Positions 1 to 11,690 of a stretch of 64,000 bases of DNA are shown here, one piece after another. The position numbers and the translations under genes were made by a program. The stretch comes from Thalia democratica (Eukaryota): positions 28,520,001-28,584,000 of the forward strand of contig OZ241826.1 of NCBI GenBank assembly GCA_965202585.1, given 5' to 3'. Position 1 is the first letter of the stretch; each line of letters opens with the position of its first letter. The notes beneath the pieces are model-generated. The model worked only from the letters and a program-made list of their open reading frames with translations, was not told where the DNA came from and did no database searches.

Positions 1-194
1 GAATAGTTAATTAAATCTAGCGCAAAATATCGTAAACTTGAGTTAACAAAACTTTTTTAGTAAGTTTCATTCGAATACATAAAAAAAGCCATGGTCCCCT
101 TCTGACAAAATTTATTAAACAACTACCCTTGAATACGTCTTAAACCTTTTCTCGTTACGCAACCTTATACTATCTCGTAGAAGGTTCTATTTAT

Positions 195-401
195 GACCTC
201 GCGCCCCACTCCTCAGCCTATGACACCCTAAATTATAAAGTTTTTTCTTGATATCTATGACTAAGGCTATTTATGCCCTTCATCACCAACTCCTGAATAT
301 CTGATGTAGTTATCTAGTCATTGCCCCTCAAAATTACTCCTGGACCCTTGTTTGCAGCTTATGGCCTCAAAGGGTCCTATCGCCTGCGTAGGTAAACCCT
401 G
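195..401 (-). mobile_element. Probable terminus of a degenerate hAT-type MITE
   Basis: Reverse complement from 401 reads CAGGGTTTACCTA...GACCCTTTGAGGCCATA, resembling the left end of the 9997 element (CAGGGTTTCCTAAAGTGGACCCCTTGAAGGCCATG). The other end was not found. Confidence 0.3.
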
Positions 402-899
402 CCGCAAACATAGATTTTATAATAGATCTACCAACAAGGTCCTTTTAACGTTTAAATTTGTTTTTGTTGAATTACTAATATAATTACTTTTTGCTCGTCA
501 TAGCACATATTGATAATCCACAAAAGACTTATTACATTAGGCGGTAGACACTTCTACAACCAATTTCATCACGGCTAAGTCAGCTTATTCTGCATTTTCT
601 TGGCGCGTTGCGGTTGCTCGAAGTAGAATCAAATCACCGTCTGATGGCGATGTACGATCAAATTTCCATAAAACCTGATATATACAATTTATCAAAATAA
701 CATGAAAAATTTCATAAACGCCTATATTTTGAACAAAATCACTAAAAGCCTGGAATTTTAACAATTTCACATGTGAAATTTTGATAAGAAACAAAGAATA
801 TACTATAAACAATTCTTTTGTGATCTTTCATAATTTTGGCAACTATAAAAGCTTTTAAGTAGAATTACAGTATCTTTTCATAATTCTATTATTATTAAT

Positions 900-1308
900 C
901 AGGATTGGCACTTAACCTGAAAAAACCTGGAATTCGACAATTTAGGCTAAAATAACCTAGAAAAACCTGGAATTTGAGAAATTAAAAAAAAAACTTGGAA
1001 AAACCCAGAACTCTACACAAAAATCACTAAAAAACAATTTCAATAATTTTCACATGTCTAGTAGTTAAGTTCCATTTTGACTTAAAAAATCTAACATGTA
1101 AATAAATTTTTATCACCATCAAAATTTTTATTTAAAAAAATAAATAAAGCAGCTTTACATTATCTTTTCAATGTTTTAATACTATTTAACACAGTTTCTT
1201 ACCTTAGACTCAAATTGAGATTAAAAATAGACCCAAAAATGTGTACTTAAAACCTGGAAGAAATATGAAAAACCTGGAAACTTTTTGAAAAAAGAAGTGG
1301 TAACTCTG
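900..1308. mobile_element. MITE with CAGGGTTGCCAC-type TIRs and an apparent 6-bp TSD
   Basis: Left end CAGGATTGGCAC; reverse complement of right end CAGAGTTACCAC. ATTAAT flanks both sides (894-899, 1309-1314). AAAACCTGGAA subterminal repeats occur near both ends. Confidence 0.6.
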
Positions 1309-1660
1309 ATTAATACATGTCAAGTTTTGATATGATACAAAGAATAAACCATGAACAATTCTTCTGGGATCATACACAATATTGTTTACTATTTTTAAAA
1401 TAGAATTACAGTATTTTTACAATTTTTTTTTATACTATTTAAGACCGTTTAACCTTAAATATTTAAATTTACGAGAAACTTTGAAATACCTAGAAGAAGT
1501 TCATAAAAATCTCATAGCAACTCGGATACGATGTTTCTATGTACATGGTTGCCAAAAAACATAGAATTCAAGAAAAAACGGGAGATTTTAACAAAAATAA
1601 ATGAAAATTCTGGAGTTATTAACATGTTAAGTAGTAAAACTTCAAATTGACTCAAAAAAC

Positions 1661-2060
1661 CAGGGTTGCCACCTACTCAATGAATTCAGGGAATTTCAAG
1701 TTATAGAAATTCTCAATGAATTTTGATTCTTTTTTTTTTAACACAGGGCAATTTTAGTTTTTCTCTTTAAATTTCAGGGAAATTTTAGTATTAAAAAAAA
1801 TCTCAAGGAAATTTTTTCGATCTAGAATGAGATTTATTTAACCCAGCTTCAATATTTTGTTCAAAAAAGTTAAAAGTGCTTAATTTTATTTTCAAGTTCT
1901 TAATTAAAAGTTCTCTAGCTTCACGGCTAGTTATTCAATATTCTTGAAATTTGTCTCGTAGTTTTTTAATAATAAGTAAATTTTTAAGGATTTGGTAAAA
2001 AACTCAACGAAGTTAAAGGTTACTCAGGGAAGAATTTTTAATCAAAGAATTGCAACCCTG
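1661..2060. mobile_element. MITE with CAGGGTTGC TIRs
   Basis: CAGGGTTGCC at 1661 and TGCAACCCTG ending at 2060, with internal TCAGGGAA repeats. No TSD match. Confidence 0.55.
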
Positions 2061-2129
2061 ATATAAAAATTTTTTTTTTGCTTTCATCAAAATATTTTTA
2101 TTAAAAACATATTTATAGTAGCTTTAGAG

Positions 2130-2400
2130 CAGGGTTTCCTAAAGTGGGCCAAGTGGCCCCCTAGGGGGCCATGAGCAGCAAAGGGGAAAGAGGGGGCCAT
2201 GAGCAGTAAAGATGCCACAGGGGGGCCATGAGGCCATAACTTGAAACTTACACTAGATACTTTTGAGTTGCAGATGAAGAGCAAAAAAAAGGTCTTATGT
2301 GTATTTTATGGTAGTTTAGAAACTTACACTAGATATTCTGGAGTTGCAGATGAAGAGCAAAAAATCTTATGTGTATAGTTTATGAGTAACTTATATGTTG
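2130..2400 (+). mobile_element. hAT-type MITE, same family as 9997-10362, right end degenerate
   Basis: Starts CAGGGTTTCCTAAAGTGG and shares GGGGCCATGAG repeats and the GAAACTTACACTAGATA duplication with the 9997 copy. Confidence 0.55.
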
Positions 2401-3989
2401 ACTTTTTTTTCGTTTTGTTTTGGTAAGGGTGTAGATCAAAAATTTTGGGTAAGGTGAGATAGGAATAAGGGTATAAATGTTCTTAATACTCTGCTATATA
2501 ATTAAATTATTTGCATAATGTTATCAATGAAAATATTTTCAAAAACTTACAACTGCAGCAAACCCCTTAAGCTAGCACAAAAGTTTTCTTTAGTTTTTGT
2601 TGTTAATAAATAGAAACTTATACAGAAATGTTTATATAGCTTAACTTTTCAAATAGCTAACGTTAGTTTTCTGTTGGAGCTATACTAAATAAGATAAAAA
2701 AGGTAAAAAATAGACATACATAAATCTTGAAGCAAACTAAAAAAGCAAAACAAACTACTTTATTTCAAAATTTGTCTTATTACACAAATAAAGTTTATTT
2801 TTTTTGTGAACTAAAGAGTTACGACCTCCGTATGGGCAAGTGCATTTATTTGAATGTCTAACTAAATGAACTAAAAAACTCAAAATTGATTTCTGAAAAT
2901 ATAAAAGAGTATAGATAGTTTTGATACGAAAATGGCTTTAAATCTGGACTAACAAAAAAGTTATTTAGTTCTTGGAACACAAAAGAGTTAAAATTCTGAG
3001 TTAAAAGTCAGGATCAATCGTGTTTTATCAAAAATATTTATTTTAGTTTATTTTGAAAAGTTAATATTTTTTTAGGTACTTATAAAAGTTCAGGATGACT
3101 CAGAACAGTTCAAAAGGTCACTCAGAGATTTTTTTGACATAAAATTAGGCAACCTTGAAAAAAGCCACAGAAAAGTTGTTTCAAAGGAAACAAATTTATT
3201 TTTGTTTTAATTTGCAGTGTTTTAATTTCGTGAATTCTTTTTTCATTTGACATGAACTTTTATTGTAAACAAAACTTTATTTATAAGTGTTGGTCAACCA
3301 AAGGTCAACTAATTAAATTAATTTGTAATTGATTTTAAATTAACCAATATAAGTTTATCAGGACACTAGAAATTTTTTGTTATTACATAAGATGAGTTTC
3401 AAACAGAAAAGTACATACCAACGTTTTTACATCATCGTGTCAACACTGTTTAAGTATGCTAATTCCAGATTGCCAAATTTTTTTGAGACCATTTAAAAAA
3501 CTTAAGCATGTGTTTGTTCAATATTCAGGCTATATTGGATGTTCTTCAATTTTAAAACAGTTTTAATGTCATATGTGGTCAAAAAAATTTTTTCAAAGAT
3601 ATTGAGTACTTTTTTTTAATGATTTTTCAGTGTTAAAATTTAACAAACAGTTATCTTTGCTCTCAGGCATACATGCCAAAAACTAAAAAAAAAAAATCAG
3701 GCTGGCTTTTTCACTACAAATGAGTTGAGGACTTTAACCAGTAGTTTTCAGTTATAAAAACTGAATTTTACCGAAAAGCATTCATTGAAAATAGTTGTAG
3801 CTGTGAAAAGCTTGAGGCAACAGCAACTGTGAAAAGCTTGAGGCAACAGCTTAAAATGTAAAGTTTTAAGCATACAAATATAATTTTAAAATAAGTTCAT
3901 TTGATGTTATTTGATACTAATCTTTTGGGTGTTAAAGTGTTTTAAAGTGTAGAGTGAAAATGTTATTTTTGCTTTACTTGATGGACATA

Positions 3990-4370
3990 TTTAGCATTGC
4001 ACATTAATTTAAATTTGAAAGTTTTATGCAACCAAAGACAAAAGTTTAAATATAAAATAATCATTGAAATAATTTGTTATATCTCCTATTTTCATTAAAG
4101 TATACAAAGGATTAAAAGAACAAAGAAGTATTTAACTTATATGACGTGTAACAGGATATCAAACTTCATTTGATAATTGTTTAAATTTAATGGAAAGTTC
4201 TGAGTTCTTTTCTTGTTCATCCAAGCGTTCAAGATAAAGCTAGCAAGTTCAGGTGTTTTACTGATGCAAGTTTGCATTTGCATACTACAGCCATATATAG
4301 ATACTCATCAGTTAGAGAGGAGATTATTCTAGAATCTAGATCACCTTGCTGTTGCTAACAAGTTGTTCAA
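3990..4370 (-). pseudogene. Decayed reading frame of unknown function (paralogues at ~6790-7100 and ~8200-8460)
   Basis: Minus frame SKTPELASFILNAWMNKK versus SKTRDLASLLLNAWINKK in copy 3, with synonymous or conservative changes. The in-phase plus frame gains a stop in copy 3. Confidence 0.45.
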
Positions 4371-7279
4371 AAAGACATTTGTTTTTTTGTTGTTTAATGC
4401 AAAATTATTTTTTAAAACAGTGTTGTTTCTATATAAGTGATTTTGATCTAAATTAAAGGTAAACGAATCTTAATATGATTTATAGATTTTGAAATACAAT
4501 GCTTATAAATTTATAGATTTGCCTTACATGGCGTCAAAAAAGAATGAGAACAACCAATTTTTTAACAAACGTCTAAGTTAGTCAGAGACTGATAAAAATA
4601 AGATACATACCATTGGTAAAAAATATGCTATACACTATTCATGAAAACAAACTACAAACCTTTCAAAATTTTATAAGCTGCACACCGTTCACAGTAAAAA
4701 TATTCCAAGCTTTTTTTTTATTAACCAACAGGTCACAGAAGGTATATTAAGACAACAGAACTCAGGGGTAAAGCCTAATAAAAATAACATAGAAGATACT
4801 TATAATTTAAAAGACATGGGGGAACTTAATAAGCTACATGCTTTCATAGTCAGTCAGAGCTCAGTACTAAAGAGATTAATACAAAATCAGTCTTTTGATT
4901 ATCAAATTATATTAGGGGGCAAGATTTTGAGATTGCAGAATTGAAAAAATTAGTAGCTAAAGCTAGAATTTTATACAAAGAAGTAATTAGTAAAAGAAGT
5001 TTAATCTAATAATAATAAAATAAGTGAGGTTCAAAACAAACCTCAAGGCAAGCTAAGACACAATAGCAGCAATCATTTAGATAACATCTCTCACACTGTA
5101 GGTGTTACATATAACAGTAGTTTGAAGCAAAGTACATTGAAAACTTTTAACCTTTTTCCCCTTAGATTGACACTGTACGCGACCATGTTATGTTTTTTGA
5201 GGATAGGTGTAGTGTAAGGCGTATGGCGTTAAAAATGATAAAGAAATATTTTATTTTTTTTGGAGAATCTGGCCACGTCCTGATATAATAGAATTTGTTA
5301 AGCACACGACTAGGAGAGAACTTACAATTTGGAAGTATACTATTCACGACAAAAAGGTAAAAAGCAAACATAGATAAGTGTGGAAGCAAACTAAAAAAGT
5401 AGAACAAAGACTGCTTTATTTAAAAATTATCTTATAAGACAAATGAAGTTTATTTTTTTGTGAACTAAAGAGTTGCGACCTCCATATGTGCAAGTGCGTT
5501 TATTTGAATGTCTAACTAAATAAACTAAAAGACTCAAAATTTACCTCAATAAAAAATAAAAGATTATAGGTAAAACCTAAAGGACCTACGAAAATGGCTT
5601 AATCAAAAAACAAAATGGTTTATATAAAGTTATTTAGTTCATGTAACACAACAGGGTTTCCACTGGTATACTCAGACTACTCAGGACAATTTAAGTTTTT
5701 GAAATTTTCAGGATAGCTCAGGCCAGTTTTAAATTATTTTTATATAGTTGAAATTAAATCTGACTAAAAACTTAAGATCAATCGTGTTTTGTTAATAATA
5801 TTTATTTTCATATATTTTTAAAAATTAATTTGATTTTTATTAAGTATTTATAAAAGTCCAGGATGACTCAGAACAGTTTAAAAGGTCACTCAGGGATTAT
5901 TTTTAACTTAAAGTTAGGCAACATTGAAAAAAGCTGGAGAACAGTTATTTTAAGGAAAACAAACTAATTTTTGTTTTAAGTTGCAGTGTTTTTATTTCGT
6001 GTGTTGTTTTTTCATAAAAAAAACTTGTATTGTAAACAAAGTTCACCTTATAAGTGTTGGTCAACCAAAGGTCAACTAATTAAATTAGTTTGAAGTTAAT
6101 TTTAAATTTTCCAAATAAGTTTAACAGGACACTAGTAATTTTTGTTAGTTAAAGATGAGTTTAAAGCGAAGTAATACATACCAACGTTTTAACATCATAA
6201 TGTCAACCCTGTTAAGTATAGCTTGTTCCAGATTGCCAAGTTTTTTTGAGACCATTTAAAAAACTGAAGCATATGCTTGTTCAAAGACCAGGCTTTATTG
6301 GATGTTTTTTCAAACTAATATTAGTTTTAATGTTATTTGTTGTCAAAAATATCATTTTAAAAATATTGAATTTTTTTTGTGAATTTTTCAGTGTGAAGTT
6401 TGATAAATACTTATCTTTGTTCTCTGGCATAAATGACAAAAAAAAATCAGGCTAGATTTTTTACTACAAAATAATTGATCAGTATTTTATCAGTAGATTT
6501 CAGTTGATGAAACTGAATTTTAAAAAAGAGCGTTCATTGAAAATAGTTGTAGCTGTGAAAAAGAGGCAAGAGCTTAAAATGTTAAATTTTAAGCAACCAA
6601 ACATCAATATAAAATAAGTTTGTTTGATGTTATTTGATACTAATCTTTTGAGTGTTTAAGTGTTTCAAAATGTACAGTGAAAAATGAACAGTATTTATGC
6701 TACTTTTGCTTTATTTAATAAGCATATTTAGTATTGCTCATTAATTTTAATTTGATAGTTTTATGCAACCAAAACCAGAAGTTTAAATACAATATAATCA
6801 TTGAAATAATTAATTATACCTATTTTGATTAAAATATACAAAGGATTAAAAGAACAAAGAAATATTTAACTTATATGACGTGTAACATGATATCAAACTT
6901 CATTTGATAGCTGTTTAAATATAATGGAAAGTTTTGTGTTCTTTTCTTGTTCATCCAAGCGTTCAAGATAAAGCTAGCAAGTTCAGGTGTTTTACTGTTG
7001 CAAGTTTGCAGTTGCATACTACAGCCATATATAAATACTCATCAGTTAGAGAGGAGATTATTCTAGAATCTAGATCACCTTGCTGCTGCTAACATATTGT
7101 TAAAAAAGATATTTATTTGTTTTTGTTGTTTAATGCAAAGTTCTTTTTTAAAGCAATATTGTTTCTATATAAGTGATTTTTTTATATTTAAATTCAAAGT
7201 AAATAATTCTTAATATGATTTATACATTTTAAAGTACATTGCTTACAGATTTGGTTTATGTTTAAAAGATTTACCTTAC

Positions 7280-8190
7280 ATGGCGTCAAAAAAGAATGAG
7301 AACAACCAATCTTTTATCAAACATTTAAGTAAGTCAGACACTGCGAAAAATAAGATACATACCATTGGTAAAAAAGTATGCTATACACTATTCATGAAAA
7401 CAAATTACACACCATTCAAAATTTTAACAAACTATACACCATTCAAAGTTATAACAAACTACACACCATTTAAAATTTTAACAAGCTGCACACCATTCAC
7501 AGTAAAAACAATCCAAGCACTTTTTATTCAACCTACAGGTTACTGAAGGTAATATTATACAGCAGATCTCAGGGGTGAAGCTTAATCAAAATAACATAAA
7601 AAGTACCTATAACTTAAAAGACATGGGGATCATAATAAGCAACATGCTTTCATAGTCAGTCAGAGCTTAGCACTAGAGATATTAATACAAAATCAATCTT
7701 TAGATTATAAGATTTCATTAGAGGGGATGATTTTGAGATTGCAGAATTGAAAGAATCTAAAGCTAGAGTTCTATAGAATAAAAAAAGAATTGGAAAAAGA
7801 ACTAGAATCTGTTAAGAATAAATTAAGTGAGGATCAAAACAAACCTTAACGCAAGATAAGACACAGTAGCAGCAGTCATTTAGATAACATCTCTCACACT
7901 GTAGGTGTTACATATAACAGTAGTTTGAAGCAAAGATTATTAGAAAACTGTGAGCTTTTCCCCACCCTATTGCATTTTTTGAGTTTAGGTGTAGGACCAT
8001 TAGCATTACAAATAATAGAGAAACATATGAAATTCTCCAGAACATCTAGTCCTTAACAGATGTATTAGACTTTGTTGAAGCGCACGACCAGGAGAGAACT
8101 TACTACAATATTTATAAGTTCTTAGAAAGTAAAGGCAGTAAATTGCCAGGTATCTTAGGATATAGTAAAGTCATTGAAACAAATAGTTAA
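7280..8190 (+). pseudogene. Decayed reading frame beginning MASKKNENN (paralogues from 4528 and 8644)
   Basis: ATG conserved in all three units. Protein-like text continues past frameshifts and stops (HAFIVSQS, coiled-coil-like KKELEKELE, PIAFFEFRC, DFVEAH). Confidence 0.45.
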
Positions 8191-9996
8191 ACCTCCTACT
8201 TTGATTAAGTTATTGAAAGGTTTGAAAGAACAAAATAGTATTTAATTTCTAACAGATGTTTCAGGATATCAAACTGCATTTAGTTTAAATTAAATGGAAA
8301 GTTTTGAATTAACTTTCTTGTTTATCCAAGCGTTTAAGAGAAGGCTGGCAAGGTCACGTGTTTTACTGATGCAAGTTTGCATTTGTCACTACAGCCATAT
8401 ATAATTACTCATCAGTTGGAGAGGAGATTATTTTAGAATCAAGACCACCTTGCTGCTGCTAATATGTTGCTCAAAATGACATTTAAATTTATTTAATTTA
8501 ATATTAAGTTGTTTGTTTTAAATGATTTTATTTTATGTAAGTTATTTTTGGTTTAAATTCCAAGTAAGTAATTATCAAATTAATTATACAGTTAAAAGTA
8601 TATTCCTTATAGATTTGATTTATGTTCATAAGATTTACCTTACATGGCGTCCAAAATTAGTGAGAATAACTCATCTTTATCAAACATTTAATTGAGTCAA
8701 AGAATGATAATTATAAGATATATACATTTGGTAAAAAAATAGGCTGTATACCATTTACTAAAGCAAGCTACACATAATTCAAAATTATATCAAGCTACAC
8801 ACCATTCAAAATTTCAATAAGCTGCACATTATTCACAGTAAAGTTTTTTTCATTATTTACATCTTTTTTCAACCAACAGGTTACAGAAGGTATATATTAG
8901 ACAACAGAACTACAGAGTAAAGCCTAACAAAAATAACATAGAGGATACTTGTAATATAAAGACATGGGGATCTAAATAAGCAAAATGCTTTCATAGGTAA
9001 TAGCAGTCAGAGTTTTGTAAAAGAGAGAAACATACAAAATCAGTCTTTAGATTATGAGATTCCATTAGAGAGGGAAGATTTTGAGATACAGAAACTGGTA
9101 GCTGAAGCTAAAATTCTAGAAAGAAAAAAGGAATTAGAAAAAGTATTTAAGTTTATCAACAATAAATTAGGCAAACAAACCTCAAGGCAAGCTAAGACAC
9201 AATAGCAGCAATCATTTAGATAACATCTCTCACACTGTAGGTGTTACATATAGCAGTAGTTTGAAGCAAAGAATATTAGAAAACTGTGAGCTTTTCCCCA
9301 TATGACATTGTACGCGACCCTATTGCATTTTTTGAGTTTAGGTGTAAGACCATTAGCATTACAAATAATAGAAAAAATTTGAAATTCTCCAGAACAGCTG
9401 GTCCTTAACAGATATATAAGACTTTGTTGAAGCACATTACGAGGAGAGAGCTTATTACAATTGCTAGGTATCTTAGGATCCCGTCCATCACGGGAGAGGC
9501 CAGTAAAATTTCAAAAATTGAACTTGTCAGCAAAGAACAAAGGCAAAGCAAATGAGGAACATAGAATTAAGAACTTTATGTGTGTGCAATGTGCATGCAC
9601 CTGATAAATTGAAAAGGAAAATTAAGGAACTATTTGGGCTAAAACATGAGGATATTAAGGCGCGCAGAGTCTATATGTGAGGTAGAAAAACAGGGATTTA
9701 TAGAGCAAGCCATAAGTTTTTCATACGAACCTCACAAACCGTATGATAGTAGGTATAGAAGTAAAGTTACTAGATAAACTTTAGTTAGATTTAAATGTTT
9801 GAAAGTTTTTTATGTATATTATAGCTTATTGCTCACTAAAAGTTTTATTTAAGGTATATTTAATTGCTAAATATATTACTGGACTAAAACTTGGTCTGTT
9901 ATTAAGTTTTAATTGTTTACAAGTTATTTATAAAACAACTTATATTTTTGAAGTAGAGATTTTGTATAGTGTTTTCTGGTTTTTTATATAATAGAT

Positions 9997-10362
9997 CAGG
10001 GTTTCCTAAAGTGGACCCCTTGAAGGCCATGATAGATATTTAGGGGGCGACGAGCAGCAAAGGGACCACAGGGGGCCATTAGTAGTAAAGGACCCACAGG
10101 GGAGCCATGAGGTCATAATTAGAAACTTACACTAGATAATCTGGAGTTGATTGATGGAGAGCAAAAAAAAATGAATCCAAGTGTTTTTAAAGGTAGTTTT
10201 GAAACTTACACTAGATATTCTGGAGTATATGATGAAAAGCAAAAATAAAAAAATGTCTTAGATGTTTGTAAAGGTAGTTTTTTGAGTAATTTTGTTGGAT
10301 AGGGCCATAGCTTTTCAATTTTTAAAAAGGGGGCCTTTTGTAAAATAGTTTGGGAAACCCTG
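9997..10362 (+). mobile_element. Non-autonomous hAT MITE
   Basis: TIRs CAGGGTTTCCTAAA / TTTGGGAAACCCTG. 8-bp TSD TAATAGAT (9989-9996) / TAATATAT (10363-10370), a 7/8 match. An 8-bp TSD is established for hAT. Confidence 0.85.
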
Positions 10363-10624
10363 TAATATATACATTGTTGAAACTGTCTTGTCTGATTTAT
10401 ATAAAGTAGACTAAAAATTTAGTATTTAGATCGTAAGTTTACCATCCATACCTTACAAGGGCACAATAATATAATGTTTTTGCATTTTTTTTTGTTAATT
10501 TAAAACCTTTAAGTTTTTTGTAAAGCCCAGACTAACTCAGGCTTGTAGTTTTTGCAACGTCTTTTAACATATGTTTTTAATGCATGTTATTTATTTTAGA
10601 TAAAAAATACGCTAGGCCTTAACA

Positions 10625-11281
10625 ATGGATAAAAAAACAAATTACACTAATGACGCTTCCAAGTACAAGAAAGACGAGCTTAGTTCTAGTTTAGATGAAT
10701 ACAAGTTAATTAAAGACTTCTTTGATAGAGCAAGTTACGTTTCGTCTCGAATGCCATCAAGCTTTAGAGTCTACAAGATAACAGAAAATCATCCAACAAA
10801 AGTTTCAGAAGAAAAACGCAACAATTTAATGCTGTTTCACGGCACAAACAATGAAGGAGTAGAAGGAATATTGAAAGAAGGTTTCAAAAACTCTGAAAAA
10901 GGGTGGTTTGGAAAAGGAGTGTACATGACCGACAGTTCGACCGCGGCCCGCCTTTATTCTTTCGATCGAGAACACTTGAACACCAAATATGTGTTTGTCA
11001 ACGAAGTGCTCGGCTCAGAAAAGCTACAAACGTGCGATCACGGCGTTTATTGTGCAAAGCCCGATCGCGAGTACAAACCGTGTGAGGCGTTTAAAAAACA
11101 TTATTATAGAGCAAGTAAGCAACTTGCTGAAGACGACTATAAAGAAGATGATCTGGGAAGGAGGTACAGAAACGTACCACACAGTTTGGAGAGTAACGAG
11201 GACGAATATTTGGCGGATGAAAGTATAACTGTACCGAGATATTTGGTTGAAGTCGGTTTGATGGAGGATTGTTGGGTGTAA
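10625..11281 (+). CDS. Single-domain PARP-like (diphtheria-toxin-fold, H-Y-E) ADP-ribosyltransferase, 218 aa
   Basis: Motifs LFHGT, GWFGKGVYMT, NEDEY and PRYL in the correct order. In-frame stop upstream at 10613. The ORF is uninterrupted and richer in GC and CpG than its flanks. Confidence 0.85.
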   Translation: MDKKTNYTNDASKYKKDELSSSLDEYKLIKDFFDRASYVSSRMPSSFRVYKITENHPTKVSEEKRNNLMLFHGTNNEGVEGILKEGFKNSEKGWFGKGVYMTDSSTAARLYSFDREHLNTKYVFVNEVLGSEKLQTCDHGVYCAKPDREYKPCEAFKKHYYRASKQLAEDDYKEDDLGRRYRNVPHSLESNEDEYLADESITVPRYLVEVGLMEDCWV

Positions 11282-11690
11282 GAGTCTAAAATGCACGAAG
11301 GGACAATTTTGCACGAAGACACTTTTGCACAGGTCGAAAATTTAATAATTATTATAATTTTCTATTAACTTTAGTTAGTTATTAATTTTCTTTTACTATC
11401 ACTGTTACCTTTAGGTTGGTAATTTTTTTTTTCTCTTTTGTCTTTTTATTTTCTTGTTTTATTTATAACTTTTATTAGGCTTTTTTTTTTCTATCACTGT
11501 TACCCCTTACCCTCGGTCAGTAACTTATTATTTTCTTTTTTTATTAATTTATTCTCATACTTTTTCTTGTCTTTCTTAAACTTTATTTCTTTGTATTTTT
11601 TTACTCTCGTGCAAAAGTGTCTTCTTGCAAAAGTGTTTTCGTGCAAAAATGTCTTCGTTCAAAAGTTTCTTCGTGCATATTTGACCCGTC
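11282..11690. mobile_element. MITE with inverted arrays of TGCACGAAGACACTTTT subterminal repeats
   Basis: Left arm AAAATGCACGAAG...TTTTGCACGAAGACACTTTTGCAC; right arm is a multi-copy reverse complement ending CGTGCATATTTGACCC. Exact termini and TSD unresolved. Confidence 0.65.

Larger units (their letters stand above)
2690..9470. repeat. Diverged tandem array of a ~2.7-kb unit (two full copies, one partial)
   Basis: Colinear landmarks: GAACTAAAGAGTT at ~2810 and ~5462; ATCCAAGCGTT at ~4219, ~6953 and ~8323; ACATGGCGTC at 4526, 7278 and 8642; GGAGAGA at the unit ends (~5312, ~8091, ~9442). Confidence 0.9.

Noticed and set aside
10903-11322. Four short ORFs overlapping the PARP-like gene
   Set aside because: They are alternative-frame or antisense by-products of a GC-richer CDS.
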